Of a stretch of 64,000 nt of DNA, positions 19,524-29,578 are shown piece by piece. The first letter of the stretch is position 1. Every line of letters starts with the position of its first letter. The DNA lies in the NCBI GenBank assembly GCA_027491735.1, contig JAOZGP010000023.1, positions 1-64,000 of the forward strand. Reading direction: 5' to 3'. Made by a program: the position numbers and the translations under genes. The stretch comes from Thermoproteota archaeon (GTDB lineage: Archaea > Korarchaeota > Korarchaeia > Korarchaeales > Korarchaeaceae). The notes under the pieces were generated by a model that worked only from the letters and a program-made list of their open reading frames with translations, was not told the DNA's origin and did not search any database.

Positions 19524-20920
19524 AAGATGAAGGAATGACCTGGCTTGCTCACAGGCCAGCTCGAGGCGGTGAACTCCAACGATCCTTCGATATCAAAGCC
19601 CCTCTCCTCAACTGAAGAGAAGAGGCTGGAGAAGTTCTTGAGCATCTTCGGAACCCACTTTATCTCACCATCACGTGCGTGAGCTCCGAAAACCAAGAGA
19701 TGTCCCCTCGAGTAGGGCACGACCTTACCCAGAAGGGCTCTTCTGGAGATGACCCTCTCCCCTCTGAAGAAATCCTTTATATCATCGTTTCTGATATTCA
19801 CGATCTCCTTCACCTCTTGAGCCACTTTCACGGCCAGATCTATCTTGGCTTCGTCAGAGAGCCTGTCAAACTCAGCTAACTTCCTGTGAAGCTCCTTGTC
19901 CTCATGTTCCCTGAGGTACTTCAGGACGTCGTGAGGATTTCTTGGGAACAGGGCCTCCATCCTTCCAATGACGAAGGAGAAGGAGGCCGGTGATGAAGAC
20001 GTGACCTCTGGGACCTCTGGGCATCTCACTCTGACGAGTGACATCCTGGCCAGGTCCTCGACACCGTAACTCCTGTAGCCCAAGAGAGCATTCATACAGG
20101 GCACTGTGAGATACTCGTGGTAGGTGACCAGACTTACAGCTCCCAGCACGTACTTCCTCCTCATGAGGTCCAAACTCACCCTTCCATGCCTGAAGAACCC
20201 GAAGGAGTTTAGATAGAACAGCAAGGAAGCCAAATCACTGATCTTTCTCATCGGTGGAAGGAGGTACTCTCTGAAATAGTTTACGTCCTGTTCCTCTGTC
20301 CTCATCTCCTCACCGCAAGCTGAGGCACCTCTCAGGAGGATCTCACATCCGTCCTCTGATAGCTCAGGAAACCTCTGCACAATCTCCTCAAGCCCCATCC
20401 CCTCGCTCATCTTCTCGGAGAACCTCAGAAGCTGCATGAACCTTGATATCCTCCCTGTCACCATGGGTGGGAAGTAACCAGCGTTCTGACAGGCCTCTAT
20501 TATCTCCCAGCACGTTCTAGAGGTGTACTTAGATGGAGGGTGAACCAGAACGACTTTGATCCTGCCCTCAGACACGAGCTCAAGCAGATCGTCCAGATTC
20601 ACTCCGCAGAGGTTTTTTCCTAGAGCATAGCCATACACGAGATCCTCCATCGACATGTAAGGCACTAATGGGAGTACTATGTGGTGACAGAAGTCCTGCA
20701 GGAGGATCGTGCCCAGGTTGAAGCCCGGCGACCTGGTGGACCTTCCGTAGGGCATAGGAGGATCGAAGAACATATAGCTCTTTCCCTCGAGCTTGAGCTC
20801 TGGAGCGAAGTGCAGGATGTCCACAGTATCTCCTCTCTCCAGATTTTTCATGGCCTCAACGGAGAGGTTGTTAGCGATCTCCTTTTCCCTAAGATCTAAC
20901 TCATTCATCTCCTCTCTCAT
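19490..20920 (-). CDS. Hypothetical protein
   Basis: 476-aa ORF with normal codon usage and no recognisable family motif. Confidence 0.6.
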   Translation of the reverse strand: MREEMNELDLREKEIANNLSVEAMKNLERGDTVDILHFAPELKLEGKSYMFFDPPMPYGRSTRSPGFNLGTILLQDFCHHIVLPLVPYMSMEDLVYGYALGKNLCGVNLDDLLELVSEGRIKVVLVHPPSKYTSRTCWEIIEACQNAGYFPPMVTGRISRFMQLLRFSEKMSEGMGLEEIVQRFPELSEDGCEILLRGASACGEEMRTEEQDVNYFREYLLPPMRKISDLASLLFYLNSFGFFRHGRVSLDLMRRKYVLGAVSLVTYHEYLTVPCMNALLGYRSYGVEDLARMSLVRVRCPEVPEVTSSSPASFSFVIGRMEALFPRNPHDVLKYLREHEDKELHRKLAEFDRLSDEAKIDLAVKVAQEVKEIVNIRNDDIKDFFRGERVISRRALLGKVVPYSRGHLLVFGAHARDGEIKWVPKMLKNFSSLFSSVEERGFDIEGSLEFTASSWPVSKPGHSFILWEESTGGVGV

Positions 20921-21228
20921 TCTGAAGAGGAGACCAGCTCATCCTTAAAAGTCCTCCGGATGGCGTCGATCCTTCCATGGACGACCTTTTAATTTGGGAA
21001 TGAACATGGTTCGCGAGGTGACCTGGCTGTCGTGTCATCGATCGACTACTGGAGATCTCGAGGAGTTTATGTGGATCAGTTCTGCCTGTGAGATCCTAAA
21101 AACTCCAACCAGGACCTCAAGCGGAACAAGAACCTTTCCGATGAGCGAGCCTTCAAATTCTCGTCGCAGATGACCTACAGGCAGTGGACTCCATCCACAC
21201 CCGGTTGTAGGTAAGGAGGGATGAGCTG

Positions 21229-22342
21229 GTGGAGATCTTTGCCACCATCTTCCTCGGACTTGAGAGATTCTCGGCTGATGAGGGAGTAGAACTCCTGGGA
21301 TCACGGAGCCAGAGGTTGGAAAGATCTTCTCTAGAGGATCAGCGGAGGAGTTGGCGAAGTTCTGCATGAGAGCGAAGACCGTGAACAGAGTATACCTCCT
21401 TCTCGCTAGAGAAGAGATCTCCTCGCTGGAGGAGATCCACAAGATGGCGCGGGAAGTGGACTATTCGTTCATAGAGAAGGATCAGACCTTCGCTGTCAGG
21501 GCAGAGAGGAGCAACAAGAAGTTCCCATCAACTAGTCCAGAGATAGCTGCCGCCGTGGGGTCTGCTGTCGTGGACTCCTACATGGGATCCAATGGATCCA
21601 GGTTGAGGGTGGACCTGAGGAACCCTGACGTGGAGATATATGTCTTGGTCAGGAAGTGGGAGGCTCTCCTGAGCATCAACCTAGTTGGGAGATCCCTGCA
21701 CTGCAGGTACTACAGGGTCAGAGCCCACAGAGCAGCACTTCCTCCATCTCTCGGAGCCATAATGATCAGAGCTAGTGGGTGGAGAGGTGAGCCTCTCCTG
21801 GACCCCATGTGTGGCTGTGAAACCATACCAATAGAATCGGCCCTGCTCATAAGGAACATCGCTCCCGGGGCCAGAAGAGAGCTGGCCATGAACAAGCTCT
21901 CCATGTTCCGCGATTTCTTAGATGGTGTCAGATTTGAAGTAATTGGGGAAGAGAACAGGAGAAAAGCTGAGATAGCTGGAATGGATCTCTCTCCAAAATC
22001 CTTGGAGATGTTCAGGAAAAACCTAAGAGCCTCAGGCATGGAGGACACTGTGAGGGTTTTCCTCGGTGATGCACTTCGGCTTCACAGGATATCCATTGAG
22101 GGCAGAGCTCGTCGTGACCAATCCCCCTTCGGGATAAGGATGGGCGTCTCCAAGATAGACCAATTCTATAGGACACTTGCTGAGAGCCTCTCAATGTCTG
22201 GCGTTCGCAAGATCACTCTGATAACTCCCAGAAAAAATCTAATTGTGGAAACGCTCTCTCGAGCTGGTTATCCCGTGGACTCTGTGCTGCAGTTCATGTA
22301 TGGGGGTTGACCACCCATCTGATATCCGCCTCCTCGCCATAA
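21229..22342 (+). pseudogene. trm14: THUMP-domain tRNA m2G6 methyltransferase (Trm14/RlmL-like), multiply frameshifted
   Basis: THUMP TFAVRAER...VDLRNPD, SLH.R.YRV..H.A.L, LDPMCG. N-terminus VEIFAT..GLE (GTG 21229) lies in another frame, the VVTNPP motif is out of frame at the C5 run 22123-22127, and the YGG-LTTHLI tail is shifted at the G5 run 22302-22306. Confidence 0.75.
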
Positions 22343-22374
22343 AGTGTTAAAAATTTTCAGGCTCAAGGTGGCTC

Positions 22375-22956
22375 ATGTCCGTCGAGGAGTTCAACCTCTT
22401 GGTCTGTAGAGAACTCTCCATCTCCCTCAGGGAGAGGGGCTGGAGGACTGTGATTGCCCGGGAAGGGGACGAGATACTTGATCTCATATCGAAGGAGGTT
22501 CCTCAGTCTTTGAGCATTGGGGTTCCCGGTTCCCTTACGATCAGACAGCTTGGTCTCATAGAGAAGCTGGAGAGAAATGGTTATCACGTGATAGAACACT
22601 GGAGAGATCCGGAGAAGGCTGATGTGCTCAGAAGGAAGGAGGTGTATGCGGACGTCTTCCTGACAAGCGTTAATGCGGCATCCCTCACGGGCGAGCTTGT
22701 GATCCTCGACTACTGCGGCAACAGATCGGGAGGCAGTCTCATAGCGAGAAAAGTGTACTACCTAGTGAGTGCTAACAAGATAGAGAAGGACCTCGACTCG
22801 GCTCTTCGAAGGGCTTGGTGGAAGGCCACTGGAATAAACGCGCTGAGGTTCAAGATATCACCGGAAAAACTGACGAGAGTCACGGTCATACTCCACGGTC
22901 CTCCTAAGCTTGTTGATGGAACTGTAATCCTGATACCGAAGGAGTTCGGCTTTTAA
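22375..22956 (+). CDS. LUD-domain (LutC/YkgG-like) protein
   Basis: GVPGSLTIRQLGL, ADVFLTSVNA....GELV.LD..GNR, NKI..DLD.A..R, ends EFGF. Confidence 0.8.
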   Translation: MSVEEFNLLVCRELSISLRERGWRTVIAREGDEILDLISKEVPQSLSIGVPGSLTIRQLGLIEKLERNGYHVIEHWRDPEKADVLRRKEVYADVFLTSVNAASLTGELVILDYCGNRSGGSLIARKVYYLVSANKIEKDLDSALRRAWWKATGINALRFKISPEKLTRVTVILHGPPKLVDGTVILIPKEFGF

Positions 22957-22978
22957 CTCTGAAAAAGGGGCTTTCACT

Positions 22979-24157
22979 TTGGAAGAGGGTCGGAGGAATG
23001 TGGCCATACTTGGGGCCTCCTGGACTATGATGAGGCCCTTCTCAGCAGCAGTGATGACTTATTCCTCTCTGTACTTCATGGAACTTGGAGCTTCACCTGC
23101 GGATGTAGGTTTTCTTGTCATGCTGAGCTGGGTGGTCCTCGCCTTCTCCCGACTCGTAGGGGGTCATCTGGCAGATACTGTCGGGAGGAAGAGGATCATC
23201 GTCCCCATGACAATTCTGTACGGCGTGTCCAACCTAGTATACTCCATGGCTCCCTCCTGGATCTGGCTGGTTCCAGCTCAGATTCTCACCTCAATAGCCC
23301 TCATGTACCAGCCAGCCATCGAAAGCATACTAGCTGACTCACTTCCTCCTGAGAGAAGAGGAAAGGGTATGTCAGCGGTGAACGCAGCCTCCAGCGCCGC
23401 TGGTCTCGCGGGCCCACCGATGGCCACACTCATGGTGTCGATGTGTGGAGTGGACATGGCGATGAGGTATCTGTACGTTATGAGCGCCCTCTCGATGATA
23501 GCTGGGGGTTTTCTCAGAATGCTACTCAAGGAGACGCTGAAGGAGAGGGAGAGAAAGAGCTTCCGGGAGTATTTAAGAGCAGCTAGGCTGCTGAGAGGAA
23601 GCGTGGGAAGACTCATCCTCATACAGTCAGCTGCATCAGCGGTCTATCAGGGGATATGGCCTTTCCTTCAAGTGTACTCCGTCAAGTTCCTGGGGATAAG
23701 TGCTGAGTCCTGGGGATGGATAAGCTCGATAACAGGAATCGTCGGCATGGGAGGAATGCTTCTCTCCGGTTATCTGACGGACAGGATGGGACGAAATAAG
23801 GTAATGTTCCTTGGATATCTCAGTGGAGCACTTATGCTCCTGATTTTTGCAATCTCTCCCGAAAAGAGCGAGCTGTTCGTCTTCTTAGCTATGCTGGCTG
23901 GAAACCTTGTGATGTCTCGTCCTGCCTCCTTTGCACTTCTGGCCGACCTGACGCCCCTAGAGCTCAGAGGCAGGGTGATAGCCCTGAGAGGCCTCATAAC
24001 CGGCAATGCAATGGGGATAGCGTCTCAGGTCAGCGGCACGATGTACGAGGAGAGCCCTAGAGGGTTGATGGCTGGAGGAGCTGCTGTCGTGGCCGTGGCC
24101 TCTATGGCAGCCCTCTTCCTGCTGCCTGTAGACGTCTTAGAAGGAGATAACATCTAG
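22979..24157 (+). CDS. MFS transporter
   Basis: About 12 TM segments; GHLADTVGRKR and GYLTDRMGR motif A copies; ADSLPPERRG. Confidence 0.9.
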   Translation: MEEGRRNVAILGASWTMMRPFSAAVMTYSSLYFMELGASPADVGFLVMLSWVVLAFSRLVGGHLADTVGRKRIIVPMTILYGVSNLVYSMAPSWIWLVPAQILTSIALMYQPAIESILADSLPPERRGKGMSAVNAASSAAGLAGPPMATLMVSMCGVDMAMRYLYVMSALSMIAGGFLRMLLKETLKERERKSFREYLRAARLLRGSVGRLILIQSAASAVYQGIWPFLQVYSVKFLGISAESWGWISSITGIVGMGGMLLSGYLTDRMGRNKVMFLGYLSGALMLLIFAISPEKSELFVFLAMLAGNLVMSRPASFALLADLTPLELRGRVIALRGLITGNAMGIASQVSGTMYEESPRGLMAGGAAVVAVASMAALFLLPVDVLEGDNI

Positions 24158-24656
24158 GACAGAAGTCCGAGCCCTTGAGGTCCACCTCAACTATGGAGTT
24201 GCTGAAGGACATGACGCACTTCCTGTCGGGGCAGTGACCGAGGCCGATGAGGTGTCCCAGCTCGTGCATCGACTCCTTCTCCACCCTCATGAGGAAAAGA
24301 TCCTCGTCCTCAGGACGACCGTAGAACTCAGGTCTTAACCTCTTCAGGAAAACAACAGCGGATCTTCCCCCAAGCTGAGCTTGCCCGAAGACGAAATTCA
24401 ACCCTGGAGCATAAGCATCAGCATCCACAATCCCAAGCACCAGCCCGCTGAACTTCTTGGAGATCCAGGACAGCAGGATGTTTGAGATGTACTGACCCCT
24501 CGACTCATCAAACGACTCCTGGGGTATTGAGGGCTCAAAGCTGACAATCGTCCTGAAACCCAGCTTGGATCTCACACCCCTGGAGACCACTTCAAGGAGA
24601 TCTCTGTCCTCAAAACCCACTTCAACGATCCTCAGAACAGCTAGATTCCTAACCAA
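24102..24656 (-). CDS. amzA: Archaemetzincin Zn-metalloprotease
   Basis: RGQY, D.YAPGLNFVFGQA, HELGHLIGLGHC....CVMSFSNS..EVD.K...FC..C. Confidence 0.9.
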   Translation of the reverse strand: MVRNLAVLRIVEVGFEDRDLLEVVSRGVRSKLGFRTIVSFEPSIPQESFDESRGQYISNILLSWISKKFSGLVLGIVDADAYAPGLNFVFGQAQLGGRSAVVFLKRLRPEFYGRPEDEDLFLMRVEKESMHELGHLIGLGHCPDRKCVMSFSNSIVEVDLKGSDFCPRCYLLLRRLQAAGRGLP

Positions 24657-25369
24657 CCCCTGCCCCTCCTCCTTCTCATCCTTCTTCTGGCCATCCCTCC
24701 TCCTCTTATACCTGAAACCGGCTGAAATAATGGAACCTGAGTTGGTTGATCTTGTTGGGCTTTAGGGACGAAATTGGCACAGACCTGACCATTGGGATCC
24801 ACGGTTGTTCCGTAGAGACTACAGAACCCATTGGAGAAATGGACACAGTCCTTGTGTGTGGGCAGGAGGACCTCACCTCCAATGAAGGGTTGGGCTGGAC
24901 CTTTTAAAGATTTCGGTTAGCCTAATAGTTTTCTCTGCCGCCTGGTGGATACTGCTCTCCCTCATATCCCTTATGAAAAACGCTTGCAGAAACACCCTTC
25001 AAGGCGAGGATATTCCTTCGGTAGTTAAGGGAGTTATACACGGTCGTAAGTCTGTTTTCTTGGTTATGAAAGCCGTTACTATAAAACCATCGTTCTCAAG
25101 TTCCCTGTAAGCTGCAACCGAATATACATATATGCTTCTGAAGGAGAGAGAAAAGAAATAACCGAAAGAGTAAAAGAGATCTTCAAGGTGCTGAACCCTT
25201 TCCGGCTTCTATGAAGTCAGTTGTCATCTCGTTCCGAAAGGTAAAAGTTTTGTTGAATGCCCTCGATGAAACCTGAGGAGGGAAGGTCATCCGCCCAATC
25301 CTTTAGCTGGTGGCTGAAGCGATAGCTCACGAGCTGATCTTGGGAGGGTTCCTCCGGGAGGGAGATTGC

Positions 25370-26368
25370 TTGATAGTGTTCATAAAGCAGGTCCTCAGGA
25401 TAATCTGTAAGGCAAAGAAGGCAATATCTGGAGCTTCTTTTGTGATGATAAGCACATTCGTGCTTGGAGTTGTTGGATTTCACTATCTAGAGGGGCTATC
25501 GTGGTTTGACTCAATCTACTTCACCTTCGTGACTATGGCGACGATAGGGTACGGAGACATAACTCCACATACCCTCTGGGGCAAGATTCTGGTGATCGCA
25601 ACGTCCGTCCTCGGGATCTCCTCCTTCGCCGTGGTGGTGACCTCCCTCCTTCAGTCCTTGGTGACCGAGAAGCTGGGGGTGATGCTCGGTTTGGTGACCT
25701 CCTACTTCACAGATCATGTGATCGTCTGTGGATGGTCTGACACATCCAAAGCAGCTGTAGAGGAGCTCCTCGCCTCAACCGATAAGAAGATTGTTTTGGT
25801 TGACGACAAACTGGATAAGAACCCCTTTGAGGATCCTAGAGTCCACTTCGTCAAGGGAGATTACAGAGATCCATCGATCCTCAAGAAGGCGGGGATCGAG
25901 AGGGCCACGGATGCCGTGGTGACCACAGGCAATGATTCGGATACGATACTAACGGTGCTCAGGATAAAGAGCCTGAAGAAGGACATACATGTGGCAGCTG
26001 AGGTCATGAGCGGGAGCGTTAGGGATATACTCAAGGAGGCAGGAGCCGATCACGTGATAACGAGCTCGGAATTCGGTGGAAGGTTGCTTGCCGTCTCAAT
26101 CAACCAGCCTGGAACTGCTATGTTGTTCGACGACCTCACCTCGACAGGAGCTGGCAACGATGTCTACGAGATAAAGGCTCCGATGGAGGTGGTGGGTCTT
26201 GGCTTCGGAGAGGTTCTGGCGAAGGTTAAGGAGGAGTACAACATGATAGTGATGGCGATCAGGAGGGGAGACATGACGATAATAAATCCAGATCCATCCT
26301 TCAAAGTGGAGAAAGGGGATCACCTGATAGTAATCTCAACTCCAGAGGACATCCTCAAGGTGAGATGA
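25370..26368 (+). CDS. MthK/Kch-type potassium channel with RCK (TrkA-N/C) domains
   Basis: Selectivity filter TMATIGYGD, HVIVCGW, AGIERA, AGADHVI, INPDP; start set at TTG 25370 after GGAG. Confidence 0.9.
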   Translation: MIVFIKQVLRIICKAKKAISGASFVMISTFVLGVVGFHYLEGLSWFDSIYFTFVTMATIGYGDITPHTLWGKILVIATSVLGISSFAVVVTSLLQSLVTEKLGVMLGLVTSYFTDHVIVCGWSDTSKAAVEELLASTDKKIVLVDDKLDKNPFEDPRVHFVKGDYRDPSILKKAGIERATDAVVTTGNDSDTILTVLRIKSLKKDIHVAAEVMSGSVRDILKEAGADHVITSSEFGGRLLAVSINQPGTAMLFDDLTSTGAGNDVYEIKAPMEVVGLGFGEVLAKVKEEYNMIVMAIRRGDMTIINPDPSFKVEKGDHLIVISTPEDILKVR

Positions 26369-26486
26369 TTTCGTTAACAATGCTCCTGAGGAATGAGCTG
26401 ATATCCGAGAGGAGACCAAATCGTCCACGGATAAGAGCCTCTTCACAGTGTGATGAACCCGAGGAACCTCCTCCAAGGGTTGGGGG

Positions 26487-27698
26487 CTAAATCTGGTTCT
26501 CTATGCAGAACTCTCTAAGCGCGTTTAGGCAGGAGAAGAACTCCCTCATGGCCACGCTCATGGGGTACATGCCCCTTTCCGTGACCCTGAGCTTTTCCCC
26601 CTTTCTCTCTATTATTCCGAAAAGTCTGAGGAAGGTAAGCTCCTTCCTCAGAACATTGTACTCCTCCCTGTAATCGGCTTCTAGACCGAATATCCTGGTG
26701 AGGAAGTGATAACCAGCTAGCTTTCTCGGCTCGAGCTCCTTCTCAAAGACCACCGGGAACAGGCCTCTCTCCACAAACCTCGAATACCTCTCCAAAGAGA
26801 AGCTGTTGACGTAGTATCTGCCACCCACAAGGCTCATGCTCCCCGAGCCCATGCCGATGTAGTCGTCGCATCTGACTATGTACTCATCTATCATGTGGTC
26901 CCCCCTGGAGAAGCACCATACCGTGGACGGCCTGTACCTCTCTCTCATATTTCTCAGGATCTCTAGGTAGTACTCCTTCTCCCTCTCTATCCTAACCCTG
27001 TTGAATTTTCTCTCGAGAGCGTTTCTCTTATGGGGAGAAGGCATCAAAGGGTAGAAGGTGACTTGATCCACTCCGAGTTCCTTCACAATTCCCAGATCCC
27101 TCCTCAGATCCATCATCGACTGATTCGGTAGTCCAAAGATCAGATCCACGTTAAGAGTCTTGAACCTTCCCTCCGCCAGGGAGATGCTCCTCATGGCCTC
27201 TTCCCCTGTGTGAGAAAGCCTGCCCATCTCCCTCAATATCCTATCGCTGAAACTCTGCACCCCAACGGAGAGCCTGTCTACACCGCAACTCCTTAGGATC
27301 TCAATGCTTTCCTCATCTATATCGTCGGGATTGGCCTCCACCGAGATCTCCTCGAGGCTGAAGGTCGAGCGAAGCTTATCCAGAACCTCAGCCAAGAGCT
27401 CGATATCAACTGTTGGAGTTCCGCCTCCAACGTATAACACGGAGAAATCAAAGTCAGCACTTGCATACATTTCAATCTCATTCTTGAGGGCTTTTATGTA
27501 AGAAACAGCTTTTTCCCTGACGTATGGATATCTATTGAAGGAGCAGAAGGGGCATGGCCTCCTGCAGAAGGGCATGTGGACATAGAGGTGTGCGCCCTCC
27601 CTGGGCTCAGGTGGTCGCCTCCAGCCATTCGTTCTGTCAAGCTCCGTGAAGCTCCTCCCTTCCCTCCTTACAATCCACTCCACGATCTTGGCGAGCAC
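26487..27698 (-). CDS. Class C (HemN-like) radical SAM enzyme, probably menaquinone C8-methyltransferase MenK/MqnK
   Basis: YVHMPFC...CPFC, YVGGGTPT, RLSVGVQSF, QVTFYPLM, MIDEY. Confidence 0.75.
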   Translation of the reverse strand: MLAKIVEWIVRREGRSFTELDRTNGWRRPPEPREGAHLYVHMPFCRRPCPFCSFNRYPYVREKAVSYIKALKNEIEMYASADFDFSVLYVGGGTPTVDIELLAEVLDKLRSTFSLEEISVEANPDDIDEESIEILRSCGVDRLSVGVQSFSDRILREMGRLSHTGEEAMRSISLAEGRFKTLNVDLIFGLPNQSMMDLRRDLGIVKELGVDQVTFYPLMPSPHKRNALERKFNRVRIEREKEYYLEILRNMRERYRPSTVWCFSRGDHMIDEYIVRCDDYIGMGSGSMSLVGGRYYVNSFSLERYSRFVERGLFPVVFEKELEPRKLAGYHFLTRIFGLEADYREEYNVLRKELTFLRLFGIIERKGEKLRVTERGMYPMSVAMREFFSCLNALREFCIENQI

Positions 27699-27826
27699 AG
27701 TGAGATCGCTCCTCAGGTGCTCATAAATGTTCTCCCACTACACTAGGTGCTCAAGGATGGATGCGAAACAGAAGTGCTGCCTGAGGTAAACTTTTTTGGT
27801 GTTCCTTGACCGTTCCTCCGATCCAG

Positions 27827-28627
27827 ATGAATGTTGAACAGGCCGCCATTCTTGGGATCCTACAGGGAGTGACTGAGTGGCTCCCAGTAAGCAGCTCAGG
27901 ACACTTGGCCCTCATGCAGAGGATTATGGTCTCCCAGAATTCCGTTCTCTTCGATGTAATGGTTCATAGTGGAACTCTTCTCGCCGTTCTGTTTTTCTTT
28001 TGGAGGGACGTCCTCGTGGTCCTCAGAAATCTCCTTGAAACTTTTCCAGACATCCTCAAGGGCGGATTCAGGGCCTTTTCCTCCTCCTATGAGAGGCTTT
28101 TCTCCTGGTATCTGGTGCTCGCCACAGCACCGATAGTGGTGATCGGCCTCCTGCTTCAGGACTACGTGAATGAGATCTTCAACAGTGTCAGGCTGGTGGG
28201 CATTTGCTTCATGATAACGGGGGTTTGGCTCCTCCTGACGAAGTTCTCTGGGGGTGAGGGGAGGGTGAACCTCAGGTCTTCCCTACTGATAGGTCTGGCC
28301 CAGGCAGCAGCCATACTACCCGGGATCTCGAGATCTGGATCCACAATAGCAACAGGAATGCTCTCTGGACTGAACAGAGAGGAAGCAGCGAGATTCTCCT
28401 TTCTCCTATCAATCCCAGCCATAACTGGGGCCCTCATGCTCGAGGTGTTCAAATGGGGTCTTAACTCTGCTATCACAACGTCGAACTTGGTCGGGTTCCT
28501 GACCTCCTTTCTCGTGGGGATGCTGTCGATAAGGTTGCTGTTTGAGGTGATAAGGAGTGGTAGGTTTCATCTATTCTCCATCTACTGTTTTGGAGTTGGC
28601 CTCCTGGCCCTCACAGTTTTAAGCTGA
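27827..28627 (+). CDS. uppP: Undecaprenyl-diphosphate phosphatase (UppP/BacA family)
   Basis: GILQGVTEWLPVSSSGHL and PGISRSGSTI motifs, AARFSFLLSIP. Confidence 0.92.
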   Translation: MNVEQAAILGILQGVTEWLPVSSSGHLALMQRIMVSQNSVLFDVMVHSGTLLAVLFFFWRDVLVVLRNLLETFPDILKGGFRAFSSSYERLFSWYLVLATAPIVVIGLLLQDYVNEIFNSVRLVGICFMITGVWLLLTKFSGGEGRVNLRSSLLIGLAQAAAILPGISRSGSTIATGMLSGLNREEAARFSFLLSIPAITGALMLEVFKWGLNSAITTSNLVGFLTSFLVGMLSIRLLFEVIRSGRFHLFSIYCFGVGLLALTVLS

Positions 28628-28646
28628 ACGCTCCAGGTGTTGTCCT

Positions 28647-28880
28647 ATGGCAGCGAAGGATGAGATGTTCAGGCTCCTCGGGAAGTTATGCTCCTTAATC
28701 TCCGTGTCAGGTTTTGAGGACGAGATCAGGGATGTTGTTGTGGAGGAGCTCAAGACCTCGGCAGACGATGTCAGGATCAATGCGATGGGCAATGTGATAG
28801 CTCTTAAGAGGGGCAGCAGCGAACGTCCAGTTAGTCCGAAAAGCAGTTCCTCGGCTCATGATGAGAAGCTCCTGATCTAG
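28647..28880 (+). pseudogene. Truncated N-terminal fragment of an M42 (TET) aminopeptidase
   Basis: L.KL....VSG.E.EIR.VV..EL....D.V....MGNVIA.K.G is the M42 N-terminus; a degenerate AHDE replaces AHMDE and the ORF stops at the his operon end. Confidence 0.7.
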
Positions 28881-29578
28881 TCATCTGATGAGAAGATCTC
28901 CAGAACCTCGTTCACGTCCTCAACGTCCCTTCCCACCATCAGAAACCCAAATGGCCTCCCCATCCTCCTGACATAGTTCAGAACGAGGAGCTCATCGTTC
29001 ACAGTATCTCCGACGTAGAAGCCGATGTCCTGGTCCTCTCCGAGAAGAATCTCGAGAGCTTTGGGATCGGGTTTTCTGGCCATCTCCCTACAGACGAACC
29101 TCTCGAACCTGATCCCCAGTATCTCCTCAGCCAGCCTCACTTCCTCCCTGCACCTTCCAGTTATCACCCCTGTCTTGAACCTTCTCATAACCTTCCTGAG
29201 AAGATCTGTGTCGACCAAGGGCTTCTCTCTCCTCCAAAGCTCTCTGAGGTACAGGGAGTTGAAATGACGCTCGACCTCCTCGGGATCCGCGTGAGCACCG
29301 AACCTCTTCCTCACCCAAGCTATTCCCTCCCCCAAGGGAAAGCTCTCCACGAACTCCTCAAGATCGCCTGAGATCGCCCCGGCGATGAGGGCCTCACTGA
29401 CCTTGAAGTCGTCCCCGAAGGAACCCTTTCTCCTAAGCTCCCTCACAAGCTTCAAGTTCACCTCAACAGGAATCCCCTTCCTTCTGAGGAAATGTTCAGC
29501 TGTCAGCTTGGTGGCCAAGTCATAGCTCTCACTGACGTCTATTAGCACTCCATCAACATCGAAGACCAACCACATCAC
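28877..29578 (-). CDS. HAD-superfamily hydrolase, putative histidinol-phosphate phosphatase
   Basis: FDVDGVLID, VITGR, KPDP, YVGDTVND; last gene of a his operon whose HisB is dehydratase-only. Confidence 0.75.
   Translation of the reverse strand: MMWLVFDVDGVLIDVSESYDLATKLTAEHFLRRKGIPVEVNLKLVRELRRKGSFGDDFKVSEALIAGAISGDLEEFVESFPLGEGIAWVRKRFGAHADPEEVERHFNSLYLRELWRREKPLVDTDLLRKVMRRFKTGVITGRCREEVRLAEEILGIRFERFVCREMARKPDPKALEILLGEDQDIGFYVGDTVNDELLVLNYVRRMGRPFGFLMVGRDVEDVNEVLEIFSSDD

Noticed and set aside
26487-27698. Annotation as true coproporphyrinogen III dehydrogenase HemN
   Set aside because: It lacks the HemN N-terminal PRYTSYP motif and has a MenK-like QxTxYPLM instead.
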